A stretch of DNA of 64,000 nt from Candidatus Bathyarchaeota archaeon (GTDB lineage Archaea; Thermoproteota; Bathyarchaeia; Bathyarchaeales; Bathycorpusculaceae). The position numbers and the translations under genes were made by a program. Positions 1-11,634 of this stretch are shown here, in pieces. The first letter of the stretch is position 1, and every line of letters starts with the position of its first letter. The stretch is taken from the NCBI GenBank assembly GCA_963815095.1, contig CAWFFH010000003.1, forward strand, positions 1,184,001 to 1,248,000, in the 5' to 3' direction. Below the pieces are notes generated by a model that did no database searches, was not told the origin of the DNA, and saw only the letters and a list, made by a program, of their open reading frames with translations.

Positions 1-88
1 TATTAATTAGGCTCTCGGAAAGATTAGATGATGCTACTTCCTAGTAGATGGCATTCCGAACCAATGGAGTTTTAGGGAGCACAAAACT

Positions 89-733
89 ATGTCACAAAAT
101 AATACAACTAGCCAACTAGTCCTCAAAGGAACAACAACAATTGGCGTCGTCTGCACAGATGGCGTAATTCTTGCTTCAGATACCCGAGTAACTATGGGCT
201 ATTACGTTGCACACAAGTTTGGCAAAAAAGTCTACAAAATCGATGACCATATGGGCATGACCATAGCTGGAACCGTCGCCGATGCACAAAGAGTCGTTGA
301 CATCTTAACCGCTAACGCGCATCTCTATAAGATTAACCTAAACCGTCCCATGCCAATTAGCTCAGCAGCAAGGTTAGTAGCAAACTTGTTGTTTTCAGCA
401 CGGTATGTACCTCTTTCAACGCAGGTTTTGGTCGGCGGTATAGATGACACCGGACCACACGTTTATAACTTAGACCCCTATGGCAGCTTAACTGAAGAAA
501 AATCTGTCTCCACAGGCTCTGGATCACCAGTCGCATATGGTATACTTGAAGACAAGTACCGTGAAGGCATGACTATCGCTGAAGTTTTACCCACAATCGC
601 TAAAGCCGTCAACGCAGCTATGAAGCGTGACGTTGCAAGCGGCAACAACTACAACATAATCGTCATTGACCAGTTTGGTTACAAGGAATTATCAGACGAG
701 GAGAAATGCAAACTTCTCAAGGCAGGAAGTTAA
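89..733 (+). CDS. psmB: Proteasome subunit beta
   Basis: Short propeptide then GTTTIG (catalytic N-terminal Thr), ASDTRVT, GSGS and RDVASG motifs. Confidence 0.97.
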   Translation: MSQNNTTSQLVLKGTTTIGVVCTDGVILASDTRVTMGYYVAHKFGKKVYKIDDHMGMTIAGTVADAQRVVDILTANAHLYKINLNRPMPISSAARLVANLLFSARYVPLSTQVLVGGIDDTGPHVYNLDPYGSLTEEKSVSTGSGSPVAYGILEDKYREGMTIAEVLPTIAKAVNAAMKRDVASGNNYNIIVIDQFGYKELSDEEKCKLLKAGS

Positions 734-738
734 GGACT

Positions 739-2664
739 GTGGCTCGAACACAAGAAAAAGACAAAGACAAGATAGAAATTAGCCAATATATTCTCCAGAA
801 AGTTCCGCGAGAAGCAGAGGTCACCAGAATTGAATATGAAGGACCTATGCTTGCGGTTTACACTAAAAAACCAGAAATCTTAGTTGATCAAAGCAGCATT
901 GTAGCTGAAATCGTTGGTGTTATTCGAAAAAGGATAGTTATTCGTCCTGATCCCTCCGTGCGTATTCCCGAAGTTGAAGCCGAAAAAATTGCGCGGGAAC
1001 TCATTCCTGCAGAAGCAGAAATAACAGATATTAATTTTGACCCAAGCCTTGGCGAAATAATCATTGAAACCAAAAAGCCCGGTTTGGTTATTGGCCGAAA
1101 TGGTGCTGTGCTTCAGGAAATTATAAAGAAAACCAAGTGGCGCCCCCACGTACTGCGATCTCCGCCGATAAAATCCAAGATTGTTACTCACATGCGTCAT
1201 TATCTGCACTCCGAGAGTAAAGAGCGTGAACGTATTCTGCGGACAGTGGGAGAACGTATCTTTAGACCCAAAACCTATGACGTCGGAGACGTACGCATGA
1301 CCGTTTTGGGTGGCGCTCAAGAAGTCGGGCGCTCAGCGTTTCTGATTAAAACCCGTGAAAGTAGTGTCTTGCTTGACTGCGGTATTCATCCGGGATCCAA
1401 TAGGCCTTTTGAGTCTTTTCCACGTTTTGATTGCCCAGAGTTTGAGCTTGATTCTTTGGATGCCGTTGTTATCAGTCACGCCCATCTTGACCATTGTGGT
1501 TTAGCACCTTTCCTCTTCAAATATGGATATGATGGTCCAATCTACTGTACCGCGCCTACATCAAATTTGATGACGATGCTGCAACTCGATTATTTGGATG
1601 TTGCCAGCAAGCAGGGTGTTACGCCGTTTTACGATCAGAAGGATGTGCGCGAATGTGTTTTGCACACTATTCCGCTTAGGTATGGTGTAGTTACTGATAT
1701 TGCACCCGATATCCGTTTAACGCTGCATAATTCAGGGCATATTTTAGGTGGCGCTATGGTGCACTTACACATAGGTGAAGGTTTACACAACATCGTCTAT
1801 ACCAGCGACTACAAGTTTGGTCGAACCATGCTGTTGGAAGCTGCTACAACCGAGTTTCCGCGTATCGAAACCGTGATTACCGAAAGCACTTACGGTGGAG
1901 CAGACGACATTGTGCCTTCCAGAGTTGAAGCTGAAGAAGCCTTTACCCGAGTTGTCAACCAGACTTTAGAGCGTAGAGGCAAAGTTCTCATTCCAGTTCC
2001 AGCAGTTGGCAGAGCTCAAGAAATCATGCTAATTATCGATGGCTACATGAAACGCGGTTTGATGAAGGAAGCTCCCGTCTTCATCGAAGGCATGATTAGC
2101 GAAGCTACAGCTATCCATACAGCTTACCCCGAATATCTTGGCAGAGAAGTTCGCCACAGTATTCTTCACGAGGAAGTTAACCCATTCAAAAGCGATTACT
2201 TCACCATAGTTGAACATCCAAGTGTCCGCCAAAGCATAATCGACGGCGAACCGTGTATTGTGTTGGCAACTTCGGGTATGCTCGAAGGGGGACCAGTAAT
2301 CGAGTACTTCAAGAGTTGGGCAGCCGACGAGCGAAACACTATCATATTTGTCAGCTACCAGATTGAGGGTACAATGGGTAAACGTGTCCAGAAAGGCGTT
2401 GGCGAAGTAACTATGATGGATAACGAGGGCAAAATGAGTGCGTTATCAGTCAAAATTCAAACGGAATCAATCGAGGGTTTTTCAGGTCACTCGGACAGAC
2501 GTCAACTAGTTAATTATTTGACTCATTTGAACCCTAAGCCTGAACGCATTTTTGTTGTCCACGGAGAAAAACAAAAAACTATAAACTTTGCTAACTTTAT
2601 GGATAACAAGGCAGGCATACGCACTGTTGTTCCAGCTATTCTAGAAACCTATCGACTGCTTTAA
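739..2664 (+). CDS. fttA: KH-domain beta-CASP ribonuclease aCPSF1 (transcription termination factor FttA)
   Basis: N-terminal KH domains (KPGLVIG), SHAHLDH metallo-beta-lactamase motif, FSGHSD; follows psmB as in many archaea; start placed at in-frame GTG 739. Confidence 0.95.
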   Translation: MARTQEKDKDKIEISQYILQKVPREAEVTRIEYEGPMLAVYTKKPEILVDQSSIVAEIVGVIRKRIVIRPDPSVRIPEVEAEKIARELIPAEAEITDINFDPSLGEIIIETKKPGLVIGRNGAVLQEIIKKTKWRPHVLRSPPIKSKIVTHMRHYLHSESKERERILRTVGERIFRPKTYDVGDVRMTVLGGAQEVGRSAFLIKTRESSVLLDCGIHPGSNRPFESFPRFDCPEFELDSLDAVVISHAHLDHCGLAPFLFKYGYDGPIYCTAPTSNLMTMLQLDYLDVASKQGVTPFYDQKDVRECVLHTIPLRYGVVTDIAPDIRLTLHNSGHILGGAMVHLHIGEGLHNIVYTSDYKFGRTMLLEAATTEFPRIETVITESTYGGADDIVPSRVEAEEAFTRVVNQTLERRGKVLIPVPAVGRAQEIMLIIDGYMKRGLMKEAPVFIEGMISEATAIHTAYPEYLGREVRHSILHEEVNPFKSDYFTIVEHPSVRQSIIDGEPCIVLATSGMLEGGPVIEYFKSWAADERNTIIFVSYQIEGTMGKRVQKGVGEVTMMDNEGKMSALSVKIQTESIEGFSGHSDRRQLVNYLTHLNPKPERIFVVHGEKQKTINFANFMDNKAGIRTVVPAILETYRLL

Positions 2665-2689
2665 AATAGAAATAGTTTAATCTAAAAAA

Positions 2690-3235
2690 TTAGGCTGTTG
2701 AAGGCAAAGGTTCGCTTGAAACTGGTGCTGGAGTTTTCTCTCTCCAAATTCTTATTGTTTTTGGACAAATGACTACTCGTTCTTCGCCTAGGCGTGCGAT
2801 GTCGCCGCCTATAGATTCTGCAAACTGGAAGAGTTCGTTAACTGCGGTTTTTACATCTTCTATGCTTTTGCCTGCAAGGGGTGTTACGCGTAAAATTATT
2901 ATGTTACCGTTTTTTACTTCGATCTTGATGCTTTCAAGGTCAGATAATTCGCGCAGAGGCATGGCTTTGAGGTAGGTTTTGTTTGGAGGTTCTGTGACTT
3001 CTGGTTTTTGCTCGATAGGTTCTGGTACGGTTTCTTGGATGAGTGTGGTGGTTTCTTGGGGTGGCTCTGGAGTTGGAGGTGTTAGTTCTTGTACTGGTTC
3101 CATTGTGGGAGTAACTGGTTCTGAGGGTGTTTCTTCTTGAGTCTGCATAGGCGCTTCTGGTTGGGTTTCTTGAGGAGTTACGGCTGGTGTTTCCTGTTCT
3201 GGATGTTTCTTTTTGTGGAATAGGTTGAACGGCAT
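2690..3235 (-). CDS. sepF: Cell division protein SepF with Pro/Glu/Thr-rich N-terminus
   Basis: C-terminal GNIIILRV...IGGDIARLGEERVVICP archaeal SepF domain. Confidence 0.88.
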   Translation of the reverse strand: MPFNLFHKKKHPEQETPAVTPQETQPEAPMQTQEETPSEPVTPTMEPVQELTPPTPEPPQETTTLIQETVPEPIEQKPEVTEPPNKTYLKAMPLRELSDLESIKIEVKNGNIIILRVTPLAGKSIEDVKTAVNELFQFAESIGGDIARLGEERVVICPKTIRIWREKTPAPVSSEPLPSTA

Positions 3236-3482
3236 TTTTTTCTCCTCTAAACCGATTAATATTCAAGCTTCAACAGTTAAGCGTTTCTTTATTTTCAACT
3301 CTCGTTAATGGTTTATTTTAGATTATTTGGCACCTAAATATTTGATTTGCGTTTCAAAACTCCATGTATTCGATTTTTATGTAAAAAATCTCTTATGAAA
3401 AAGTTCGAATCAATGGAGTGTTCCTGTAAGAAGATATTCTCCGCAGAAATCTTCTTTAGAAAATCTTGCTACAAACCGAATT

Positions 3483-3833
3483 TTATGCTAAGAGGACTGT
3501 GAGGTTGTTTATGACGGTGATTATTAGGAAAATCGTTATGCCTGCATAGGCGACTTTCATGAATCGGTTTGAGTACTTGAAAGTTTTAGTGTCTTTATCC
3601 ACTGATTTGTTTAGGGTTCTTTTAGCTAAAATGTAGGTGAAACCAATCAGAAATGTCGCAGAAATTTTCACAGCAAAAAACGCAACAATGCTTGTGCTAA
3701 CTATGCCGGTCATAAATGGGTTCAGTTCGGCTGCTCCAAAATACGTGACTCCTATAACGGTGGTTATGCAGTCGATTGAGCCTAATAGGATGATTAGAAA
3801 ACTTGGAAATACGTCTGCCTTAATTGTGTACAT
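3483..3833 (-). CDS. DUF5658-like small membrane protein
   Basis: D..TT..G...GAAELNPFM motif with 3 TM segments. Confidence 0.7.
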   Translation of the reverse strand: MYTIKADVFPSFLIILLGSIDCITTVIGVTYFGAAELNPFMTGIVSTSIVAFFAVKISATFLIGFTYILAKRTLNKSVDKDTKTFKYSNRFMKVAYAGITIFLIITVINNLTVLLA

Positions 3834-4544
3834 GAAGCCTTCTCCTTCTCCTTTGCTTCTCCTTTCTTCTCAAAACACAGTTGGCTTACTATTAGGCTTA
3901 AGAACCAGATTGCTAAAATCGATATATTCCAAAACTTAAAACAGCAAAAAAGCTCTTTTTTCAAGGATCCCTAACTTACAATGCTGAACATTAATAATAC
4001 ATACACCCAATTAAACTTTATTGCGTTTATTCTCTTGCAATTACCATTGGTTTGTCAAGGAACCTTAACGAATGCCCATTGACTCGGTTGAAAAAATCAA
4101 GCATATCGCGTTCACGACTTTAATATTCCTTATAAGGTTGAAAATTATAGCTCCGAACTTCTTATCGGAAGGTGCTGGAAGTGGCGATTTGAAGCTTGAG
4201 GATGTTTTACACTGGAATATCAATCAAAATTATATTCGGGTTTTGGCGTTGGGCTGCTCCAAGTGATTTTGCATACTTTGACAGTTAACAATGACAAGCG
4301 GTTGCGTTTGTTTGGATGAAAGCGAAGGTTGAGAAAATTTTGCCAGATATATTCGTAAAGTGCTCTGGTCCCGACGTTGTTGTTCAAGCAGAGGATCTGA
4401 TATATGAATCCTTCAGGACAATATCGAGAGATTGCCAAATCGAACGAAAACAACATTTTTATTCTAACATAGGTGAAAAACGGTTGCGCCCGTTCAGGTA
4501 CTGCTGCTAACGTAAAATTTTGAATTTAACGAATATTTGACCAA

Positions 4545-4796
4545 TCAATATTTGGTGGAACTATCCGGAATCTTCGAATATCTAATAATAACGATGAAAA
4601 AGAATAAACCGACCAAGAAATCCACCACAAAAAGAATTATTGTTGCATAAAATGAGCTTTGTGCACTAATCAATTGATTCCATCCTAAATAACCGAGAAA
4701 TAAATCTATTATGATATTGATTGAAATAAATAATAGAATTATTCGGATTCGATTTCTATAAATACTTAAACCAGTCTCTCGGAGAGAAGGACTCAT
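4545..4796 (-). CDS. Small 2-TM hypothetical protein
   Basis: 83-aa ORF with two hydrophobic helices, divergent from the 4934 gene. Confidence 0.5.
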   Translation of the reverse strand: MSPSLRETGLSIYRNRIRIILLFISINIIIDLFLGYLGWNQLISAQSSFYATIILFVVDFLVGLFFFIVIIRYSKIPDSSTKY

Positions 4797-4933
4797 TATT
4801 AATGTTATTTGAAAATTTTTATTTAAAACTATTGGTACTTTCGGAAATCGAAAAGATAAATGACATTATATACATTAACAAATAAAATAGATTTAGCGCT
4901 AAAATGCGTATTTGTAAAATTGAGGTTGAAAAA

Positions 4934-6514
4934 ATGAATTGTAAACGAATTATTATAGTTGGAATATTAACAATAGCTCTTTTGACTAGTATAGCTCTAG
5001 CTCCGTCAACCCACGCTATTGTAGCCCAATTAACCGCCAAAGAGCAGCTGAGGAACACGATTGAAGATGGATTCGGCAGTTATCTCGATGGAAAAAATTT
5101 AAGAATCGATAATGCCACGATTCAAAAGAATTTTTTTCCCTTCATTAATACAAATCCTATCTATAAGGAGCAATTTCAAAAACTCATAAACATAAGTAAA
5201 GCTGAAAGCGAGGCAAGACTGCCAAAAACAATCCCAGATATCTCAAAAGCTGTGATTCAAGCTCCATTCAAGATAGAAAATCGCACTATCAATGGAACAT
5301 CTTATGAAGTTAGTTATAGCCATGCTTTCGCTGATGGACAAGATATAATAAAAATTTGTAGTGGGCAGGGGGATGACCCTCTGGCGTACATTTCGATAGA
5401 TACTTTATACACAAACATATTTGGGTTCAATATAGAGGTTGGAGAACAACAGCACCTAATATTGAATTTTCCAGCAGGGGCTGATGCAACAGCATTTCTC
5501 CCATGGTTTGACATACAAGTCACTCACAGCACTAACCTAAACAACGTCGTATGGACTGTTACAGGTGGTCTATCAGGCATAACAGTATTTGGTCCAATAA
5601 TTTCAGCAATAGAATGGATGTTCAGCAACAACAATCTCCAAGATTATAAGACCATGGTGGATGACTCGTATAATGCTAACCACGGATATACGATAAGAAT
5701 GGACAACACAGTCATCTATCCATTTGCGTTGACAACGCTACTTCCAGATTTTGCTATTTATGCAAAATACTACTATAATGGGGGTGGTCCCGGCGATGAC
5801 GGCGTTTGGGAAAAGGCATTTCCACTTGATACATCATATTTGTACTATGTTCTACAAGACCCTCTCGGGGCTGAAAGCAATGCTTTTCTGCTTGGGTATC
5901 TGATACATGACCGCTTAATACCTCAAATACCTCTTAATACTTGGGGTTGGATTACGCTTCCAGGCTTCATAGACCCTGACCCACAGTCAGGACCGACACC
6001 ATTAAAACAGGTAACAATAGATTCCTATGACGCCACCGTTTCCACTACTGTTAGTGGCGCAAACGTAATAATCGATGGCTACTCTGTTGGAACTACAGGT
6101 TCAACTTATACTCTTACGCCAGAAACTCACTCTTTTATGACTTCGCCTACTTGGCACCTCTACGAAAACGGCTACCAATTTTTCAATTACAATGGATATG
6201 AGTATGATATTGAACAAACAATAGAAATAACATCGGACATAACTATTACTGCAAATTATGTTGAAACACAATGGTTTTCAGCTAGTGCTTTTGAACCCTC
6301 CACAGGAACTGTATGGACTGATATCTATATTGATGGTAACTATGCGGGCAATGGTGTAATAAATTTGGAGATACCTAAAGGAAGTCATTCAGTCAGCGTT
6401 GCATATCAAACTGTTCATTGGGGCGAACTAGTAACTTGCGATTACTATTCTGATACGGTCTATCTTGGAAATTCTCCAGTAGACAAATCATTTGAATACC
6501 ATTTCGGGCAATAA
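4934..6514 (+). CDS. Secreted hypothetical protein with C-terminal PEGA-like beta domains
   Basis: Signal peptide (MNCKRIIIVGILTIALL); C-terminal IDG..G....L..G.HS repeats. Confidence 0.7.
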   Translation: MNCKRIIIVGILTIALLTSIALAPSTHAIVAQLTAKEQLRNTIEDGFGSYLDGKNLRIDNATIQKNFFPFINTNPIYKEQFQKLINISKAESEARLPKTIPDISKAVIQAPFKIENRTINGTSYEVSYSHAFADGQDIIKICSGQGDDPLAYISIDTLYTNIFGFNIEVGEQQHLILNFPAGADATAFLPWFDIQVTHSTNLNNVVWTVTGGLSGITVFGPIISAIEWMFSNNNLQDYKTMVDDSYNANHGYTIRMDNTVIYPFALTTLLPDFAIYAKYYYNGGGPGDDGVWEKAFPLDTSYLYYVLQDPLGAESNAFLLGYLIHDRLIPQIPLNTWGWITLPGFIDPDPQSGPTPLKQVTIDSYDATVSTTVSGANVIIDGYSVGTTGSTYTLTPETHSFMTSPTWHLYENGYQFFNYNGYEYDIEQTIEITSDITITANYVETQWFSASAFEPSTGTVWTDIYIDGNYAGNGVINLEIPKGSHSVSVAYQTVHWGELVTCDYYSDTVYLGNSPVDKSFEYHFGQ

Positions 6515-6700
6515 AGAATCCCCTATCAACTTTTTTTATTTATTTAAATTTAGGTAAACTCCAGACTAAACAATTTATTGTTAAATTGTGGTTCACAAAT
6601 TAAAAGTTCCAAAACTGCAGATTTCAGCGAAGAGAATTGGCTTTGTTGGGGTCTGGGCCAGAATGGTTCTGAGAAAATTATTGATTTTTAAAGCTTTAAA

Positions 6701-7102
6701 TTAATAGTTTTTCATGATATCCAGAAAATCCCCATTCAAGTAAAAAGATTTTTTAAAATCATAATTGATTTTATCACTATTTATAACATCAACTATAATT
6801 TTTCCTTTAGAAGTCAAAATATATTTTTTTGCCCAATCTCTATGTAATTTCTCAATAATTTCGTTACTTTCTAAATGATAAAATATTGGGTATATAGTTC
6901 CTGAGCTAATTCTGACATTATATTTAATTCTTATTAGTTTTTGTATATTTGATGGATTTGAAATTCCAATTTCCTCAATTCTTAGGACAATTAAGATAGG
7001 TAAGATTGATTTTACAATTCTTCGGTGATTTTTAATAAAAAAATCTTTCACTTCCAAACTGTTTGTCGATTCGTCATCATATTTTACTAATTTGTTCTCC
7101 AT
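6701..7102 (-). CDS. PadR-family transcriptional regulator
   Basis: ISSGTIYPIFYHLE...KKYILTSKG winged-helix signature. Confidence 0.75.
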   Translation of the reverse strand: MENKLVKYDDESTNSLEVKDFFIKNHRRIVKSILPILIVLRIEEIGISNPSNIQKLIRIKYNVRISSGTIYPIFYHLESNEIIEKLHRDWAKKYILTSKGKIIVDVINSDKINYDFKKSFYLNGDFLDIMKNY

Positions 7103-7420
7103 CCAACTCACTATTCGATAATAAAACATATAGTCTGATTTAGTTCTACTCAAGGAACAAAGTGTTCCAGGATTGGAACACCATGTTCCACCAATAGAAC
7201 TAAAACCTTGAAACAATTTACAGATTTACAAAAGGATAGGACGACAGAAGTCTTTATGATAGCGTTGGTTAATCAATCTACAAAAATTCAAGGAAAGGAT
7301 GGGTGGAGGGCATTATCTTATAGGCATCGATGGCAAATAATGCCCCTACTTGAAGAAATAGTTAGATGTTTATTACGTTCATTTATTCGAAAAGAACTCA
7401 TCAACTTCGGGTGAGCAATC

Positions 7421-8179
7421 ATGCAACAATGCGCAAAATTTTTCCTAACAGTAACTCTCGCTATTTTGATTGTTGTATCTATTTTTACGGGGCTAACTTT
7501 ACTAAGTAAACATACAAGGTCCATAATAATTGCAACGCCCACACCAATTCCGTTTGATTATTCTTTGAAAACTGCCACTAACAGTTGCTATACTACGCAG
7601 GGAGACGACATAAAATTGGAAGTAAACGTTACCTACCTTCAAGGAGAGCCAGAAAACATTACTCTAAAAATACAGGGAGCCCCAGATAACCTTGCATTTT
7701 CATTTTCGCAAGCCAGCAATATAACTAATAATGTAATAGGATATACCTTGATGCTTCATGCACCATTAAGTGTGCCAACAAACAAATATCACATGTTAAT
7801 TACGGCCATATCAGTCAAAGGAATAGTTCGAACTGCCCCTCTCGATTTATCTGTTAATTGCTATTATGTGATAGTAAAAGGATCAGTAACAACTAATCCA
7901 GATATTATTCCAACTCAAATTCAATTCGAAGAACTTTCACCTCAAGGAAACACGGTACAGACTTTCAAAGCACCCGTAGAATCAGGGAACTTTAGCATAA
8001 AATTAGTAAATGAACAGTACTATGCGGTAAGTGTGTTTTGGGATAGAAATGGATTATCCGGGGTTAATCATTTTAATTTGCCTTGGGGTGCGTTAGCAGA
8101 TGTTGGAGTTGACACATTAACTGTTCCATTCGAATTTACTTATTCCGCAGCTCTAATGAACAAGTTAAACATTGGCTAA
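7421..8179 (+). CDS. Membrane-anchored or secreted hypothetical protein with Ig-like folds
   Basis: N-terminal hydrophobic helix and beta-rich body. Confidence 0.6.
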   Translation: MQQCAKFFLTVTLAILIVVSIFTGLTLLSKHTRSIIIATPTPIPFDYSLKTATNSCYTTQGDDIKLEVNVTYLQGEPENITLKIQGAPDNLAFSFSQASNITNNVIGYTLMLHAPLSVPTNKYHMLITAISVKGIVRTAPLDLSVNCYYVIVKGSVTTNPDIIPTQIQFEELSPQGNTVQTFKAPVESGNFSIKLVNEQYYAVSVFWDRNGLSGVNHFNLPWGALADVGVDTLTVPFEFTYSAALMNKLNIG

Positions 8180-8539
8180 CTTGACTTGACCACGCAAATC
8201 GACGCAAGTATCTTTTTCGCTGTCAAAGTATTCTCTGTCACAGACGCCGCTATAAGAGATCTGGTTGGCAGGCACAGTGGTATTACGGAAATAACCAATA
8301 AAATGGTGGACAGCACTGCTTTTGTCTCATGGTTAATCAATTTCAGTTTATTGGTAGACTTCGGATATATTTTTTTCAGTAAAGAAATCTGAACTAAACT
8401 TAGAAGAGAGCTAACTTGGGGCTGCTGAGCAGAGTAGAATCTAAGTTAAAACGGTTCTCGCAGACTTGAAGCTGCCTGTTGAACACAACTGACCAATTTT
8501 TCAGAGCAAAAAAATCATGAGAAAGAAAATAAAGAATGA

Positions 8540-9793
8540 TTAACCTATTTGGTCATAATAGGCAATTATCCACGAATCACTAAAAATTGGTCTATAATCC
8601 CCATTACTATACCCATCGTCTATGCTGGTTATATACCAATTATAGCCATAAGAATATGGATCTGACCAGGTTATTGAATGATAACCCTGGCTCAAATAAA
8701 CACTAACTGGCGCAGTACCTACATTTTGCCCATCCACCGAAACGGACGGGTATGCTTGACCAAAATAATCTGAAAAGCCTTCAATTGTAACCCAATAGTA
8801 AGGAGTGCCAACGCATCTAAAGCACGCTTCTAGGGAATGGTCTCCATCCATTGTAACACTTATTGGATTGTCGGTAACCACTTGTTGGTCCAATAGCCAA
8901 TGGTCAAATTCATAATTTTCATTGCTAGGTGTTGCTGTAACTTCTACTGTATCTCCAGGATTATAATATTGGGTTCCATAAATTGATGTATAGCCTGTAT
9001 TTTCGCTCTGGACAATTAATTGCCGATAGCCAGTATTAGCCCAAACGGCGTCTACTAATATGTCACTATACGAATTAGTAGAAGAAATATTCATGATCAC
9101 AGTGCCTGCTGTAATGAATTTGTACACGTTAGAGGTATACCCAACATAGACGTATGGTGCATCAAATTCTGAATTGGGACAACTTATTTGTACATACCCG
9201 ATAAATCCATAGACCCATTCTTGAAGTGGTGCTGAAGGATAGTTACAGCCCATTAGAATAAGATAATCGCCAACATGTTGTGCCCCTGTCGGTCCTAATT
9301 TAGCAGGTACATAAAAGTCCCCGGTCGAATGAAGGCTCATTTCACCGACTACGCTAGCACCTGATGCGTTGTATGGAGCTAACAATCTAGTGTAATAGTA
9401 ATCCCTGTAACCTTCAACATTATGTGGATCAGTTATACTTCCTCCCCCGAAAGGTTCAGTCCACAGCATGTTTGAAAGATAATTATCCGAAGGTGTTCCT
9501 GAATCTCGAACCGAATTTTTAGATAGCGCTTCTGTATTAGGGCTCAGAACAGCTCCATCTGTATTGCAAACTCTCTCCTGTTTAATTGCTATCTGGTTTA
9601 ACCAAATATTTCTAACTTCATTAAGTTTAGTAGAATTTCCTTGGCAAATGGATTCCAAGTATTTTTCAAGAAAATCAGGCAATTTAGGATTTGTATCAAG
9701 TAAACTTGTTACCGCTGCGGAAAGACTACTGTTAGCAAGAGCTATGATGCATATAATCGTGAAACTGATAATGAGTTTACTCGAAATTCTCAT
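8540..9793 (-). CDS. Secreted protein with InlB-B/Flg_new-like repeat and PEGA-like C-terminal domain
   Basis: Signal peptide; VTATPSNENYEFDHW...NPISVTMDGDHSLEACF repeat; VDGQNVGTAPVSVYLSQGYHSI. Confidence 0.7.
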   Translation of the reverse strand: MRISSKLIISFTIICIIALANSSLSAAVTSLLDTNPKLPDFLEKYLESICQGNSTKLNEVRNIWLNQIAIKQERVCNTDGAVLSPNTEALSKNSVRDSGTPSDNYLSNMLWTEPFGGGSITDPHNVEGYRDYYYTRLLAPYNASGASVVGEMSLHSTGDFYVPAKLGPTGAQHVGDYLILMGCNYPSAPLQEWVYGFIGYVQISCPNSEFDAPYVYVGYTSNVYKFITAGTVIMNISSTNSYSDILVDAVWANTGYRQLIVQSENTGYTSIYGTQYYNPGDTVEVTATPSNENYEFDHWLLDQQVVTDNPISVTMDGDHSLEACFRCVGTPYYWVTIEGFSDYFGQAYPSVSVDGQNVGTAPVSVYLSQGYHSITWSDPYSYGYNWYITSIDDGYSNGDYRPIFSDSWIIAYYDQIG

Positions 9794-10559
9794 AAACGCA
9801 CCTCCAGGAAAATTCTTGATATCATTTGTTTTATCACCAAAATTTCAAAAAAACCGTCTGGAGTCTTTTTTATAGCATACATTTTTTCACAACTACTTTT
9901 TATTTCCTTTATTGTAATCAATAATTTAAAAAGAAAAGGTCGTTTTCGATTTTCGATTTTTGAAAAACCTTGTGTATAACTAATTGTAGTCAACTACATT
10001 CATATCAGGGTATTTTTCTAAATTCCTCTAAATTTGGCAAAATTTCTTTCTATTGTTTGCATTATTTACTTTACGATTTAATCGTCAAACCTTTAAAACG
10101 CTACAAACCGAACGATTAGAACAACCTTGTTATATAAAAAGAAGAACAAACAAAATTTTTTTAAATTCAGAAAAACTTTACGTTAGTGAAGGGAAGTAAA
10201 TGAAAAAAGAAAGAAAAAAAGTTGTTATAATTTAACTTAATAGTTCAATTGGTTCATTGAACTTCAACCAATAATGGGAAGAAAGCAATCGAAAATTGAA
10301 CCAAGCAATAAGAAGGAAGACCAAAAGTCAACTGCATCTTGAACTTTAGATATTATTTTACTAAATTGTTATTTTCTTTAATGGTTACATTTAGAAAGTA
10401 AAACTATGAAACATAATGGTTAGAACCGTTTATTTTTATATAAATGGGTTAGTTTTTTCGCTCGTTAGTTTCTTAGGGTTTTTGATGGATAAAGGCACTG
10501 TTTTGTGCGCATAAGCCTTATATTTTAAAGGTTAACCCTCTTTTGCTGAAGGCTTTACG

Positions 10560-11634
10560 ATGCACAAGAAACTCTTAATTCCTGGCCCAACCGAAGTTAG
10601 CCAAGAAATCCTAAGTGAACAAACTCACCCGATGATTGGTCACCGAGAGAAAGAGTTCGCTGAATTTTACGGTGGAATAACCGGTAAACTTACCAAGTTT
10701 TTCGAGTTACAACCAGACTTCAAACCAACAGTCACTACTTCATCAGGTACCTTGTGGTTTGATATAATTGGTCGAAGTATCGTTAAACAAAAAGCTCTTG
10801 CATGCGTTAACGGAGCATTTAGCCAGCGAGCTGCCCAAACTTTAGCGGCATGCGGCAAAGAAACCGATGTGATCGAAGTTGAAATGGGTAAAGCTATCAA
10901 ACCCAAATATAGTTGCTGAGAAACTTGCCAGCGGAAAATACGACACCTTAACGGTTTGCCACAACGAAACCTCCACAGGAGTAAGAAATCCAATAGCGGA
11001 AATCGGCAAGATGGTTAAAAAAGAGTTCCCGGAAGTCATCTTTGCGGTCGATGCTGTTTCTTCTATGGCTGGCGACAAAACTTTACCTTCAGAATTTAAT
11101 TGTGACATCGTTTTTGGTTCAACCCAAAAATGTTTTGCGTTGCCACCTGGCTTGGCAATTGCCCTCGTCAATGACCGCGCAATCGAACGCGCTAAACAGA
11201 TTCCTAACAGAGGAGCCTACACCGACTTAGTGGATATCTTTGAGTTTGAAAAGAAACATCAAACCCCCTTCACGCCAAACATTTCGCTTTTGTACGCTTT
11301 AGACAGACGCATGGATCTTTTGCTTGAAGAGACTTATGATAAGGTTTACCAGCGACATTTAGAAATGGCGAGGTACACTCAGCAATGGGCAAACAAGCAC
11401 TTTGCTATGTTCCCTGAAGCAGGCTACGAATCCATAACTGTTAGTTGCATAAGTAACACCTTGGGCAAAAACGTCAAAGAACTTAATCAGAAGCTAGCCG
11501 AAAAAGGCTTCATGATTTCGGGCGGCTACGGTAAAATGGCTGAGAAAACCTTCCGCATCGGCCACATGGGCGAATGGAACCTTAATGGTATCAAAGAAGT
11601 TATTGGGTTAATTGACGCGATTTGGGGACTTTAA
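10560..11634 (+). pseudogene. Class V PLP aminotransferase (alanine-glyoxylate/serine-pyruvate type) split by a single-base frameshift near 10900-10907
   Basis: IPGPTEV N-terminus in ORF 10560-10919; HNETSTG, VDAVSS, STQKCFALPPG and FRIGHMG in ORF 10879-11634; one extra base in AAACCCAAATATA. May be an assembly error. Confidence 0.85.

Noticed and set aside
4072-4510. Short ORFs of 64-78 aa
   Set aside because: Overlapping with no recognisable family; possibly gene debris but unsupported
10241-10305. GTTCAA/TTGAAC repeats in an AT-rich intergenic region
   Set aside because: Short low-complexity matches without consistent spacing
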